Of a stretch of 64,000 nucleotides of DNA, positions 1 through 9,864 are shown one piece after another. The stretch lies in sequence record NC_071007.1; one strand, given 5' to 3'. Under the pieces are notes generated by a model. The model saw nothing but the letters and a program-made list of their open reading frames with translations, was not told where the DNA came from and did not search any database. Made by a program: the position numbers and the translations under genes. Numbering within the stretch: the first letter of the stretch is position 1; every line of letters begins with the position of its first letter.

Positions 1-610
1 CCATTTCATACAACTTAATAATTGTTGAAAGGTATTTTAACTCTTTTTCAATTTCACTAGGGAAATTGGAATTAAAGTTAGAGGTTGGCTTTGAAAGTGT
101 TTTAACTAAAATGGGATTGTAAGTTACTTTTTCACAACCATCTCGAAGAACGTCTGCTGAATCCAACGCATCTGTCAGATTCTCAATACGTTTTTGTAAA
201 ATTTCTAAGGACATTGTTAACTCTGTCCATCGACGTGAAAATGTATCTTGTAATTGATTAGCCCAGCGTTTGATATCTTTAAATGTTTCATCTAAAATGG
301 ATTCTAAACCACTTACGCGAGAAGCACGCCATTCACTAGGAGTGATGTCCAGACCAAAAGCCTCATTCCCAGTAATTTGAAGCACACCGCCTGGTCGAAT
401 TTTTAACCCACCGAAATCATTGATAACACGATCAACTTCAGCTGCTTTATCAGGGGTAATTTCATAGTCAGCTTTAGAATTAATAAAATCCAAAGCTTGG
501 GTAACACGTTCCTTTACTTCAATAGAAGTTCTAAGATCAGTTAATGCTTTTTTGGCTTCGGTTTGGAGCGCACCAACATCAGGGACTTTTGCCAAACTAA
601 CTTCAGCCAT
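1..610 (-). CDS. Virion head (inner/ejection) protein, phiKZ gp93-97 / SPN3US gp53-54-like paralog family; runs off the left edge
   Basis: Not in the ORF track. ATG at 610 with no stop down to base 1 (MAEVSLAKVPDVGALQTEAKK...ITGNEAFGLD...VSGLESIL...). Carries TGNE/SGLE prohead-protease-like sites and sits in the head-gene cluster. Confidence 0.6.
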   Translation of the reverse strand, partial: MAEVSLAKVPDVGALQTEAKKALTDLRTSIEVKERVTQALDFINSKADYEITPDKAAEVDRVINDFGGLKIRPGGVLQITGNEAFGLDITPSEWRASRVSGLESILDETFKDIKRWANQLQDTFSRRWTELTMSLEILQKRIENLTDALDSADVLRDGCEKVTYNPILVKTLSKPTSNFNSNFPSEIEKELKYLSTIIKLYEM

Positions 611-632
611 TTGGAGATCACGTACCAGTGTA

Positions 633-1157
633 TCACTCATAGTAAACTCCATCCAAACTCATCAAGAACTTAGCGGTGAGTTCAGGGCCCATCGCTGCCA
701 TAATGTCATAAAGATGTTTATTTTCAATATTGGAAAAATCAACATCTTCAATTTTAAATTTATCACGAATCGGATCATATTCGTTATACATCACCGGAAC
801 TTGAATTTGCGTTCCTGGTTTGCTGATGTTTAAACGATTAAAGTCTTGACGTAATTGCCCGGTAATGGCCTTAAACGAAACTTGACCATTAATGTAGGCA
901 ATCATCTTGCGAACCAATTCACGACGAGCGCCGACACCCATTCTAAAATTAACAAAACACCAATTACGGAAATCGTCACCAATGTATTCAGTGGCAATGT
1001 TGAAAACTTCCGCATGGCTTTCTGCATTAGAAAGAAGACCAACTGAATCAAATGTTTTCAAAAAACTTTTGAGGATTTGCTCATTGGCCTCCATCCTGGC
1101 ATCTGTCATATCCAAAGGGACAAGACCAAAACGCGCATGACGGAAATCTTTAGCCAT
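633..1157 (-). CDS. Conserved virion/head-associated hypothetical protein
   Basis: ORF track 633..1190; likely start ATG 1157 (MAKDFRH), overlapping the upstream stop; synteny. Confidence 0.5.
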   Translation of the reverse strand: MAKDFRHARFGLVPLDMTDARMEANEQILKSFLKTFDSVGLLSNAESHAEVFNIATEYIGDDFRNWCFVNFRMGVGARRELVRKMIAYINGQVSFKAITGQLRQDFNRLNISKPGTQIQVPVMYNEYDPIRDKFKIEDVDFSNIENKHLYDIMAAMGPELTAKFLMSLDGVYYE

Positions 1158-2025
1158 TGTACTTCTCCCGAATTTGGCGGATGTACGCATTATCTTTGAT
1201 GATTTGGTCTGTATAAATCTCGATTTGATGATCCAAGGTTGGATCTTCCAAACCGCTTGACTTATTATTCAAGCGAGCAATTTTCATTGCAAGTAGATCG
1301 ATACGCGCTTGCGCTGTTTTAATAGCACGAACATCACGCTTCATTACCCATAGTAAATACCAGTGGACAGGGTTCAGTTGATGGGGAGAAAGTCCTTCCT
1401 TAATAGAAACAGCACCAATACCATCAACGCCCTTTACAATCTCTTCTGACAAATTGTCAACTACTTCATCAGAAAGTTGCTCAATCATTTCGGAAAGAGC
1501 TTTAGCCGGTTGATTAAAGCGGATCAGCAAAGTAGCATAGTAGTTTGCGGTATCAGTAAAGAAAGAATAATCAACTTTGGTCAGTTGTTTACTGACATCA
1601 GTTTTGTCATAACCGTAAGTGGTTAGAACATCAATAATCATAGTGGTATAACGATTAAAGAAATTGATTGCAGAGATTGCGTCCAAAATCCCACGTTCTT
1701 TAAAGGTTACCGTGTGTTCGTCATAAACCTGTGTAGAAGATTTATTAACCAGATCTTTCAGACGACCCATCCACAGTTCAATGTTTTCAATCCCAAAGCC
1801 AATAATACGGATCAAATCAGTTTGTGAGTTCAAGCCTTTTTTGACTTGACCATTAATTGATTTCAGTATTGCGTTTTGATTAATCAAAGCCATCATTTCG
1901 TCTTTGACTTTATCACTTACCCCGGAAAGCATTACCAAATTGTCTTTCAATCCAACAAGATAATTTTGCTCCCGTTCAATAACGTTGATAACTTCCCCTT
2001 TGCGGGTATCTTTAATATGCAACAT
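1150..2025 (-). CDS. Virion head protein (phiKZ gp90-like)
   Basis: 291-aa ORF coupled to the upstream gene; position in the phiKZ-like head module. Confidence 0.5.
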   Translation of the reverse strand: MLHIKDTRKGEVINVIEREQNYLVGLKDNLVMLSGVSDKVKDEMMALINQNAILKSINGQVKKGLNSQTDLIRIIGFGIENIELWMGRLKDLVNKSSTQVYDEHTVTFKERGILDAISAINFFNRYTTMIIDVLTTYGYDKTDVSKQLTKVDYSFFTDTANYYATLLIRFNQPAKALSEMIEQLSDEVVDNLSEEIVKGVDGIGAVSIKEGLSPHQLNPVHWYLLWVMKRDVRAIKTAQARIDLLAMKIARLNNKSSGLEDPTLDHQIEIYTDQIIKDNAYIRQIREKYNG

Positions 2026-2027
2026 TG

Positions 2028-3116
2028 TTATCGCCCACCAAACAGTTTCAGAAGAGAAGCAAGGTCCAAGGAGGTATCTTTCTTAGCCGTTGCGGTAATA
2101 TTACGAATAGTGAAAGTCTCAGGCAGAACACTACCACTATTCCAGAAAGTAATCAGACCTTCACCATCATTAATAATGACAATGGTGTTAGCCAAAACTG
2201 CTTTACGAATACGAGGCATTCCAGTCTTATCAAATCGGAAACCATTTTCGCTTTCAATTTGTTTAGCTGTTTCAGCGGAAAGCACAATAGTATTTGCCAT
2301 GGTATTCATGGACATAACACCACTTGCCAGTGCAGCAGCACGATTTCGACTTTGACGATCTTGGGCTTCTTCATAGTAACCAGAAAGGTCATTAGCGCGA
2401 ATATTAAATTCACGTTTAATGATATCGGTCCCTTTAAGAAATTCAGGACGAGTCAACTCATCAGCACGATACATCATAACACGACCAAACCAACCGTCTT
2501 CAGGACGAGCTGCTTCGAACATGACTTTAAGATCGTTTGAACTCATAGGGACAGGAACTTCTTTAAAGTTCAGAGGGAAACAAACTTGGGTTTGACCAAT
2601 TTGGGTTTGAGCAGTAACAGTCCGACCCACTGCCAGTGCGGCATTAACTGTAATCTCACCAAGTTCCTTACCACCAAAATTAGCACTCTTACCATTTGTA
2701 GGACCGGCTTCTGACCCACTGATCAATTGTTTCTTAGCAAGTGCTTCAACACCCTGCAAAGAAAGAAACCCGCCAGTACGTCGGGGCTGAATAGAATCCA
2801 CCAGGCTACTGATTTTGATCCCTTCAATTTCACCTTGCATAGCAATGTGGGTCAAGGCATCTTTAATATCACGAAGCATGATAACTGTCAGTAAATCCTG
2901 CATGTAATCTGCATGAACAAGATCACGTTCGATTGCTACCATAGGTGCAACAGTAACTCGACCTGCCGATTGCGAAACAGACATTGTGTTAAACAGATTG
3001 TATGCTTTACCGGCCATTTTAACCGCTTTATCTACTGCATTAACGGTATCCCCGGTTTTACCTGCCGCTTTGGCAAGCTGAACAAGGAAACCGCCAAAGT
3101 TGATGACACTCAGCAT
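2028..3116 (-). CDS. Virion head protein (phiKZ gp89-like)
   Basis: 362-aa ORF with SD (aaggag) and QGVEA/SGSEA processing-like motifs; synteny. Confidence 0.5.
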   Translation of the reverse strand: MLSVINFGGFLVQLAKAAGKTGDTVNAVDKAVKMAGKAYNLFNTMSVSQSAGRVTVAPMVAIERDLVHADYMQDLLTVIMLRDIKDALTHIAMQGEIEGIKISSLVDSIQPRRTGGFLSLQGVEALAKKQLISGSEAGPTNGKSANFGGKELGEITVNAALAVGRTVTAQTQIGQTQVCFPLNFKEVPVPMSSNDLKVMFEAARPEDGWFGRVMMYRADELTRPEFLKGTDIIKREFNIRANDLSGYYEEAQDRQSRNRAAALASGVMSMNTMANTIVLSAETAKQIESENGFRFDKTGMPRIRKAVLANTIVIINDGEGLITFWNSGSVLPETFTIRNITATAKKDTSLDLASLLKLFGGR

Positions 3117-3141
3117 CTTTGACTCCTTAAAGGTATAAATT

Positions 3142-4215
3142 ATGAATGAACAAGAAAATGATTTTACAAATTATTCGGGAGAGACCATAGAAAAAAGAAA
3201 AGAGGTTTTTGATACCGCTTTAAGGGATCAAGGTTCTCCGGGTTACACGTCACCATTAATAAACTCTTTGAGGGGTTTTAGAATACTGGGGACGGGGCCG
3301 GCAATGATGCCGCTCTCGGATAACACCATAGGATTGAGCTTTGTAACAAGACCGCAACTCAATTTAACAGATGATAATGTAAGTCGATCTGAGAAACTTT
3401 GTAGTCTTTATGGGTGTGGACAATACAGCATTGGTGCCTATATACGTGGTATGTTAGATGAGCGCTGGGCCGCCGCCAACCAACCAGTTGCTCTGAATAA
3501 TAAAATTCCTTTTATACCGTGTCTAACCAGTTATCTAAAAACAAGTACTGGATTTGGTGATTTGCAAATGCAAATCCAAACTTCCGATCCTGGTATTCGT
3601 GATCAGGTTTATCAGCGTGTCGCTAGTAAATTGGAAGAAAACGGTTTATACACAATGTCGCAAACTTATTTTAATCCCAAGCCTGGTGTCATACCAGCAT
3701 TATTTCAGACATGGGAAGATTACATTTCGGAAGTAACTTCCGGTGATCGTAATTTAAGTCCTAGGGATTTTTATTTGTTTAGTAATCGGATTGATTACGA
3801 TTGCCGTATCTATCATTTAATCATGAATAAAGATGCGGAATACTTAGAGCATATTTTTGCTACAGTTCAATCTATTCCTAATACGTATCAAGCTGGTGCA
3901 TTAGCTAATATTGACAACACTCAAAATTCAATCAGAGCAGAAGGTCAAGATGACTTTAGTGTACAATTTAGTTCTGTTGGGATGCGTTTCAATGAACTTG
4001 GCTTGATCCAATCATTTAATGAACACAGTTTTTCTTATAATCCTAATCTTAGACCGGAACGGCGGGCAGGATATTATCGAATGTTAAAAACATCCGAATA
4101 TCAAGATTATGGATTTGGTGCATATCCATTACTTTTACCAATGACTGATGATCGCCGTAATCCAAATGGTGTTGGACGGTATGGTATCAAGCTCACCTGG
4201 TGGGTAGAAAAGTAA
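3142..4215 (+). CDS. Virion tail/baseplate protein (phiKZ gp88-like)
   Basis: 357-aa ORF, divergent from the head genes and directly upstream of the large baseplate gene; synteny only. Confidence 0.45.
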   Translation: MNEQENDFTNYSGETIEKRKEVFDTALRDQGSPGYTSPLINSLRGFRILGTGPAMMPLSDNTIGLSFVTRPQLNLTDDNVSRSEKLCSLYGCGQYSIGAYIRGMLDERWAAANQPVALNNKIPFIPCLTSYLKTSTGFGDLQMQIQTSDPGIRDQVYQRVASKLEENGLYTMSQTYFNPKPGVIPALFQTWEDYISEVTSGDRNLSPRDFYLFSNRIDYDCRIYHLIMNKDAEYLEHIFATVQSIPNTYQAGALANIDNTQNSIRAEGQDDFSVQFSSVGMRFNELGLIQSFNEHSFSYNPNLRPERRAGYYRMLKTSEYQDYGFGAYPLLLPMTDDRRNPNGVGRYGIKLTWWVEK

Positions 4216-4240
4216 ATCTAATTTAAGCTATGGAGTAATT

Positions 4241-7159
4241 ATGGACTTTTCAGTTCTTGAAAAATATGCAAATAACCCCAGCCGAATTATACCGGTTATT
4301 TTTAATGACATTGAACAAGCAGCCGATGCTGGAGGTGGACAATTAAATGCAACGGGCCATCCTTTTGCATATATGGTTGATTTGATCATTGGAACTAATT
4401 ACGGTTTTATTAGCCGTCTTGGAGATAGTACAGCAAAAACTTATCCAGCCCATGCACGCAACTTACAAGACTTATCAAAGGTAATGAGTGATGAGGATTG
4501 GGTTGGGGTGTTCTCAGAACCTAGCGGAGAAACAATTCGTTGGATCATTGGGATTGAATCTCTTGGGAAGATTGCGAAAGAGTACACTGAGCAAGATGGG
4601 ACTTTAGTTAATAGTTATAAAAAATTAGAGTTACCACCCGACACTCAGTTTTATGTCGCAGGAATTCCATTTTTATTGGAAAACCCAGTAGAAATTAGAA
4701 TTATGGAACACGGTGGAATACAAGTTGTTTATAATAGCAATTATAATTCTCCATTTAAACCGTTGGTGGATAATTCACCTGAACGTGAAATTATTCAAAT
4801 CAATGGTGAAAATAAATTAGCTATCCATCTTCCAGTAAGACAACTGGAAATTAAAGAGTACCCAAGCCGGCCTGTTAACATCACTTCTGGTTATCGTGAA
4901 ACCATTACTTTTAGTGATCGTCTTTTTGGTATTCGCGCTTTTATCACCCCGGATGGTTCAAATAAACGTCAAGAACTTTCTATTGTTTATAACAATGAAA
5001 TTTTTGATCCTAATCAACCGACTCTTGTTATTGATATGATTGACGATCATAATTTTCAAGCAAGCATTCCTACTGTATATTTGCAAAATGAAACTGCATT
5101 AGGTCGGTTAACTATTTTGACATATACTACCCGTGGAGAACTTTATCAAGATCTTTCTACCTTAAGAACGCAAGAACATAAAGTTGGTTATTATGATTAT
5201 CGTAACGAAAAAGGTAAGCTCTCTACTTATTCTGAAGAGTTACGAAATGTTAATGACGTGTTGGTGGACAGTCTTACTCCAATCACTGGGGGTAAAAACG
5301 GTTCTAGTTTTGAAGAAATCAAGAACATGGTTATTTACGGATATCGTCGTAGACAAATCCCTATTTCCAATAGTGATTTTAGCCAACTGTTATCAAGAGC
5401 AGGATTTGATAATGCAAAATCAATTGATACAGTAAGCCGTCGTCTGTTCAGAACTACCAAAGATCTACCCATCCAAGAAAATAAACTATTTGAAGGGGAA
5501 GATGTTGCTCGGTTTAATAGTTCTATTGGAACATATACTGGGAGTACTCTGACATCTATTGAGGAATTAGTAAGTTCCGGTAACGCCATTGATAACGGCA
5601 GACGAATTACTATCTTGCGAGGATGTGTTTACGACATCACTGAGCAAACTCCACGTCTTGTTCCTTTGTATGAAATTGAAGCATTAAAGAACGCAAGTAA
5701 TCAAGTTAAAATAGATACCATGGGTAACCACTCAATGGTTTATCTTCCATTCATGTATGTTATCGATGTCACTAATGATCGAGCAGAGGTCAGATGTTAT
5801 CGAGTCACAAAACCAGAGATTCGGTATCAGACCTTTAGGTATGAAAATGCAACTCTAGGAATGCAAGTTTCTGTTGGTGCAATTAATATTGTATCTGATG
5901 AAACAGGTTACACTATTTCCTTAGAAACGAAATCAACCGATACATATAAACAACTTTCGAATGATGTTGTTGGAATTCAATTAAGTTTTAAAGTAGAAGG
6001 TTCGACAGCTCCTGCTGTAATGAAAGGAACACTCTTAGGTAAAACTTCAGAAGGTGAACGTATATTCCAATTTAAGATTCCAAGTCGTTTTGACATTGAT
6101 GCAAATGACACAATTGATTTGAAAAACTTTAATCAGTTTGGAAGACCACAAGAAACGATTCGAGTTAATCTGGAAGAAACGGCTAACTTTATCTTTACTT
6201 ATAGTGGAGATGGTCTGTCATTAAAATCCAGTACTGACTTTAAAATTGATCAAACCTTGTTTAACAATATCACTGTTGCTATTATTGAGACTGAATACAA
6301 ACTAACGTTTGGACAAACCTTAAACAGTTTGTACACTCGTATTCGTCCCATGATAGGTGAAGCGCAGTATGAGAAATATCTTCAAGGTGTTCCTGAGACT
6401 TATTTAACAGATACATTTGTATACGAAAATGGTAAGTTAAAGATTGTTGACGGTAAAGCAGTTATTGAACATCGTAAAGGAGAAGTTGTTTATAATACAG
6501 ATGGTTCTATTAGATGGAAACACCTGGCTGGAACAACTGTTTATGATGAAGATGGAAACCCGGTACTATTGAAGCCACGTGAACTCAAATATCATTGGGA
6601 TTTCATCGGATTTGATTTTAACTATCTCCTAAGTGAAGATGATTACGATGCCGATTATGTTACGTTGGTAGAAGATTTCTTTGCACAACAGGTAGATAAC
6701 GAAGTCATTGAGTTTAATAAGAAAACATTGGATGAAACCAAGATCGTTTTCAAACCTCGTTCCACTATGGGGTTTACTCAAGTTATCCTTAATGAAAACA
6801 TCACCAAGACAATTCGAACTGATATTCGTTTGGCGGTTACATACTACTTAACAACAGAAGGAATGAGTAATGAGGATTTGAAAAAGTCCTTGAAAAACAA
6901 TACTCATAAAGTTTCTAATGAACAATTGGCAAAAGGAACTTTCTCTGTCAGTGAGTTGACTAACCAGCTGAGAACATCTGATGCTGTTGCAGTTAAGATT
7001 ATTGCCACAGCGGGAATTGATAACGTTGATGTTATTACCAACATTGATGAAACAAATGGATTTTCAATTCGTAAAGTCTTGGATCAAACATCAGACCGAC
7101 TGTTAACTATTAAAGAGGATATTGATATTACATTTAAAGCTCATATCCAAAATAAATAA
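4241..7159 (+). CDS. Baseplate wedge protein (T4 gp6 / baseplate-J-like; phiKZ gp87-like)
   Basis: 972 aa; segment GGKNGSSFEEIKNM...RQIPISNSDFSQLL resembles the gp6/J-family GGxDxESxEEIR...RAVTxxDY motif; size and synteny fit. Confidence 0.6.
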   Translation: MDFSVLEKYANNPSRIIPVIFNDIEQAADAGGGQLNATGHPFAYMVDLIIGTNYGFISRLGDSTAKTYPAHARNLQDLSKVMSDEDWVGVFSEPSGETIRWIIGIESLGKIAKEYTEQDGTLVNSYKKLELPPDTQFYVAGIPFLLENPVEIRIMEHGGIQVVYNSNYNSPFKPLVDNSPEREIIQINGENKLAIHLPVRQLEIKEYPSRPVNITSGYRETITFSDRLFGIRAFITPDGSNKRQELSIVYNNEIFDPNQPTLVIDMIDDHNFQASIPTVYLQNETALGRLTILTYTTRGELYQDLSTLRTQEHKVGYYDYRNEKGKLSTYSEELRNVNDVLVDSLTPITGGKNGSSFEEIKNMVIYGYRRRQIPISNSDFSQLLSRAGFDNAKSIDTVSRRLFRTTKDLPIQENKLFEGEDVARFNSSIGTYTGSTLTSIEELVSSGNAIDNGRRITILRGCVYDITEQTPRLVPLYEIEALKNASNQVKIDTMGNHSMVYLPFMYVIDVTNDRAEVRCYRVTKPEIRYQTFRYENATLGMQVSVGAINIVSDETGYTISLETKSTDTYKQLSNDVVGIQLSFKVEGSTAPAVMKGTLLGKTSEGERIFQFKIPSRFDIDANDTIDLKNFNQFGRPQETIRVNLEETANFIFTYSGDGLSLKSSTDFKIDQTLFNNITVAIIETEYKLTFGQTLNSLYTRIRPMIGEAQYEKYLQGVPETYLTDTFVYENGKLKIVDGKAVIEHRKGEVVYNTDGSIRWKHLAGTTVYDEDGNPVLLKPRELKYHWDFIGFDFNYLLSEDDYDADYVTLVEDFFAQQVDNEVIEFNKKTLDETKIVFKPRSTMGFTQVILNENITKTIRTDIRLAVTYYLTTEGMSNEDLKKSLKNNTHKVSNEQLAKGTFSVSELTNQLRTSDAVAVKIIATAGIDNVDVITNIDETNGFSIRKVLDQTSDRLLTIKEDIDITFKAHIQNK

Positions 7160-7168
7160 CAAATAAAC

Positions 7169-7201
7169 CTACTCTCTAGCGCACAGTGCGCTAGAGAGTA
7201 G
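7169..7201. terminator. Bidirectional hairpin between convergent genes
   Basis: ctactctctagcgcac-a-gtgcgctagagagtag, 16-bp arms. Confidence 0.75.
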
Positions 7202-7210
7202 AATATTTGT

Positions 7211-7882
7211 TTAGTAATTCAAAAACGTATCAAGATAGTCAAGATAACTTTCAATAGATGTCAACGTAATGTCGTTATCCAAATTCCACCAATCATACCA
7301 AATAGATGGGTGGATGTCATTATCATAACTTAACTTCTGCAATAACTCATCTAGTGTGTTATTAAGGTAATCGATATATTCGTTTACCTCTACTTCGCAC
7401 CATTGATCTTTTTGAATTGACACAATTGGTTGAGATTTGCAAACTGTAATCAAACGACCAACTGCACGACGTAAATACGTTTGACGCTCCTTAGCGTCTT
7501 TTAACGTACTTTTGTCTAGCTGTTCGTGAATCCACTTGATATGTTCAGCAATTGATTCTAAAAGCGTTCTACGAGCTTTAAACAGCTCTTTAGCATTATG
7601 GGTCTCAACGGCTGATTTACCAAGCAACATTCTTAAACGATTAGAATTAAATTCACTTTTTGCACCAAGTAGTGTAATACTCATATCCATCAGTTCACGA
7701 TGAAAGATACGAGGTGTTGCTGAATTTTCATTATTATCAGTTAATGACTTAATAAATTCAATGCAACCTTTTTTACATCTTGGTTGATTTGTGAATTCAA
7801 TATAGTGCTCTCGGAACTTGTTCTGGTTATTGATCAGAATTCTTAACTCCGAGATAATCTTTTTAACTTCTTCTTTAACCAT
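7211..7882 (-). CDS. Hypothetical protein
   Basis: 223-aa ORF tightly following the upstream gene. Confidence 0.6.
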   Translation of the reverse strand: MVKEEVKKIISELRILINNQNKFREHYIEFTNQPRCKKGCIEFIKSLTDNNENSATPRIFHRELMDMSITLLGAKSEFNSNRLRMLLGKSAVETHNAKELFKARRTLLESIAEHIKWIHEQLDKSTLKDAKERQTYLRRAVGRLITVCKSQPIVSIQKDQWCEVEVNEYIDYLNNTLDELLQKLSYDNDIHPSIWYDWWNLDNDITLTSIESYLDYLDTFLNY

Positions 7883-7886
7883 GTTA

Positions 7887-9434
7887 TTACACCTTCATTG
7901 GGAGTCCAAGCTCCTTCAGTAAGTTGTTCATCGGAGTTTTGACTTGGGGAAGTTCTTTAAGAATCCTGACAACGTCAATGCTTTCTTGCTTCAAATCAAA
8001 TTCTGGATAATAGGCTTTTAATACCTTTGTATCATCAGGAAGTAAACGAGGAAGATTTAGTGAACCATCAGAATTTTTAGAAAAGAATTCTTGTTCATAA
8101 CCAGGTGTTGCTTCTTGATGTGCAAGGATAATTTTCTCGGCATCTTGGGTAACGTACGCCATCCCAAGGGTTTGGAGAGATGTAATCCATTTACTGATCG
8201 AAGCTGTGGTGATAGCACAACGCTGAAGAACATCAGAAATCAAATTAACAGATTCATTAAAGTTTGTAATAGCATTTGAGAATGCCATATAGGAACCGAT
8301 TAACCCTGAATGTTGGGGATACATCTGAACAACAGAATCCAGGACTTGAGCAAATTTATCATCTACCGCGTCTTTGAGATTTGAGTAATCAAAGCCGGTA
8401 ATACGATGATACTCATTTTCATTAACACGTTTGATGTAAGACTTTTGAAGTTCTTGATAAATATTAACGTGGTCTTCTGAGATCGCCTGCTTGGTTTGTT
8501 CTAAATTGGCTTTTAATGTTTCACTGATAACTTTAAAGGTAGTCTGGACACCCAGATCTTTAATTTCAATCTCATAAATCTGTTCAACCAACCGTTTTGC
8601 CATTTCAGCATATTGGGTCGGATCCAGATTTTCCATTACCAATTTATCCAAATCACTGGTAAATGCAATAACATCTGCTTCAGTCACATTCTTACTTTTA
8701 ACAATGTTTCTGAAATTATTGGTGATTCGCACATAGTTGTTTTTAACATTGCGGGACTTTTGACTACCCTCAATTAACAATTTATATGCTTTATCAATAT
8801 CTTCAGATGCTTTATTCATTGCATTGACTACATCACTCGCACTTTGCGCGCGATTCTTAATGATAGTCATTGCTTCTTTACCAGTCACACCTTTTGGAAG
8901 AGTTTCCATAAACTCATCTAAATTAAAGCTAACTGCTTCTGGTGTTCCACCAAACGCACGAATCATAAAGTTCCGCAGGAGAGGTTTCAATTTCTCCATG
9001 TGTTGTTCGGCGGCAGCAATTTCTTTTTCGGTTTTATTAAAACCAAACAATGATTTTAATTTGGTCAGCGCCCAATCAATAATGGCACCTAGCCATTTAC
9101 GAATTGCTTTGATGATTGTCACAAATCCTTCTTTCAATGTAGAAAGAAAAGACTCCCCACCCATACGAGCATTGTGTTTATCATAAACAGGGAGGAAACT
9201 TTCAGTTCCAGAGATTTTTAACGCGGAAAAGGATTCACGGTGTAACCGGCCTTTGCTAAAAAACTCTTTAGTAGAACGTTGAATAACTTTTAAAGCTTCC
9301 TGACCCGTTGTTTCATAAAGATCATCAAGGGAGATTAAATCTTCTCCCTCATCGTTTTTTGCAAGAACGGTGACTTTTTCACTTTCGCCATGGGGAGAAA
9401 GTTGAATGACACTTGAGAGTGTAACATCAGACAT
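7887..9434 (-). CDS. Head/ejection protein with prohead-protease-type sites (SPN3US gp47-like)
   Basis: Likely start ATG 9434 (SD ggag). Contains TGQEA, SGTES and GGESF followed by the amphipathic helix FLSTLKEGFVTIIKAIRKWLGAIIDW typical of phiKZ internal head proteins. Confidence 0.55.
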   Translation of the reverse strand: MSDVTLSSVIQLSPHGESEKVTVLAKNDEGEDLISLDDLYETTGQEALKVIQRSTKEFFSKGRLHRESFSALKISGTESFLPVYDKHNARMGGESFLSTLKEGFVTIIKAIRKWLGAIIDWALTKLKSLFGFNKTEKEIAAAEQHMEKLKPLLRNFMIRAFGGTPEAVSFNLDEFMETLPKGVTGKEAMTIIKNRAQSASDVVNAMNKASEDIDKAYKLLIEGSQKSRNVKNNYVRITNNFRNIVKSKNVTEADVIAFTSDLDKLVMENLDPTQYAEMAKRLVEQIYEIEIKDLGVQTTFKVISETLKANLEQTKQAISEDHVNIYQELQKSYIKRVNENEYHRITGFDYSNLKDAVDDKFAQVLDSVVQMYPQHSGLIGSYMAFSNAITNFNESVNLISDVLQRCAITTASISKWITSLQTLGMAYVTQDAEKIILAHQEATPGYEQEFFSKNSDGSLNLPRLLPDDTKVLKAYYPEFDLKQESIDVVRILKELPQVKTPMNNLLKELGLPMKV

Positions 9435-9439
9435 TACGT

Positions 9440-9862
9440 TTACTCCACATAGCAATGTTGAAAGTCTTTGTATTTACCTTCTGCTTCTTTCACTAAGGTT
9501 TCAACCAAATCAGTGTAACCGGGTGTTTCAACAACGCTACCTTCAAATTCAATGGGTGCAATTTGAAGTGTAATCTTGTCAAGAGAAGCGATGTTTTTAA
9601 TAGCTTCGTTTAATTGGCCATTAAAGTGAGTGATTTCAGCAATAACCAAGTTACCGGCAACCGGATGAACTTCATTCCAGTAAGCAAGCACATAACGATA
9701 AAAATCGCCTTGATGTTCAGCTGGAATATTCAGTTTATTTTTCACCATAAACAAAGCGCGAACGTAAGCGGTTCGAACAACTTCAATCTGTTTTACAGGA
9801 TCGGTTACACCCAAGCCAATCAACGCTTGTTTAACGGTGACAATGTGAGATAAATGGGACAT
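9440..9862 (-). CDS. Conserved virion-associated hypothetical protein
   Basis: 140-aa ORF with SD gagg; synteny. Confidence 0.5.
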   Translation of the reverse strand: MSHLSHIVTVKQALIGLGVTDPVKQIEVVRTAYVRALFMVKNKLNIPAEHQGDFYRYVLAYWNEVHPVAGNLVIAEITHFNGQLNEAIKNIASLDKITLQIAPIEFEGSVVETPGYTDLVETLVKEAEGKYKDFQHCYVE

Positions 9863-9864
9863 GT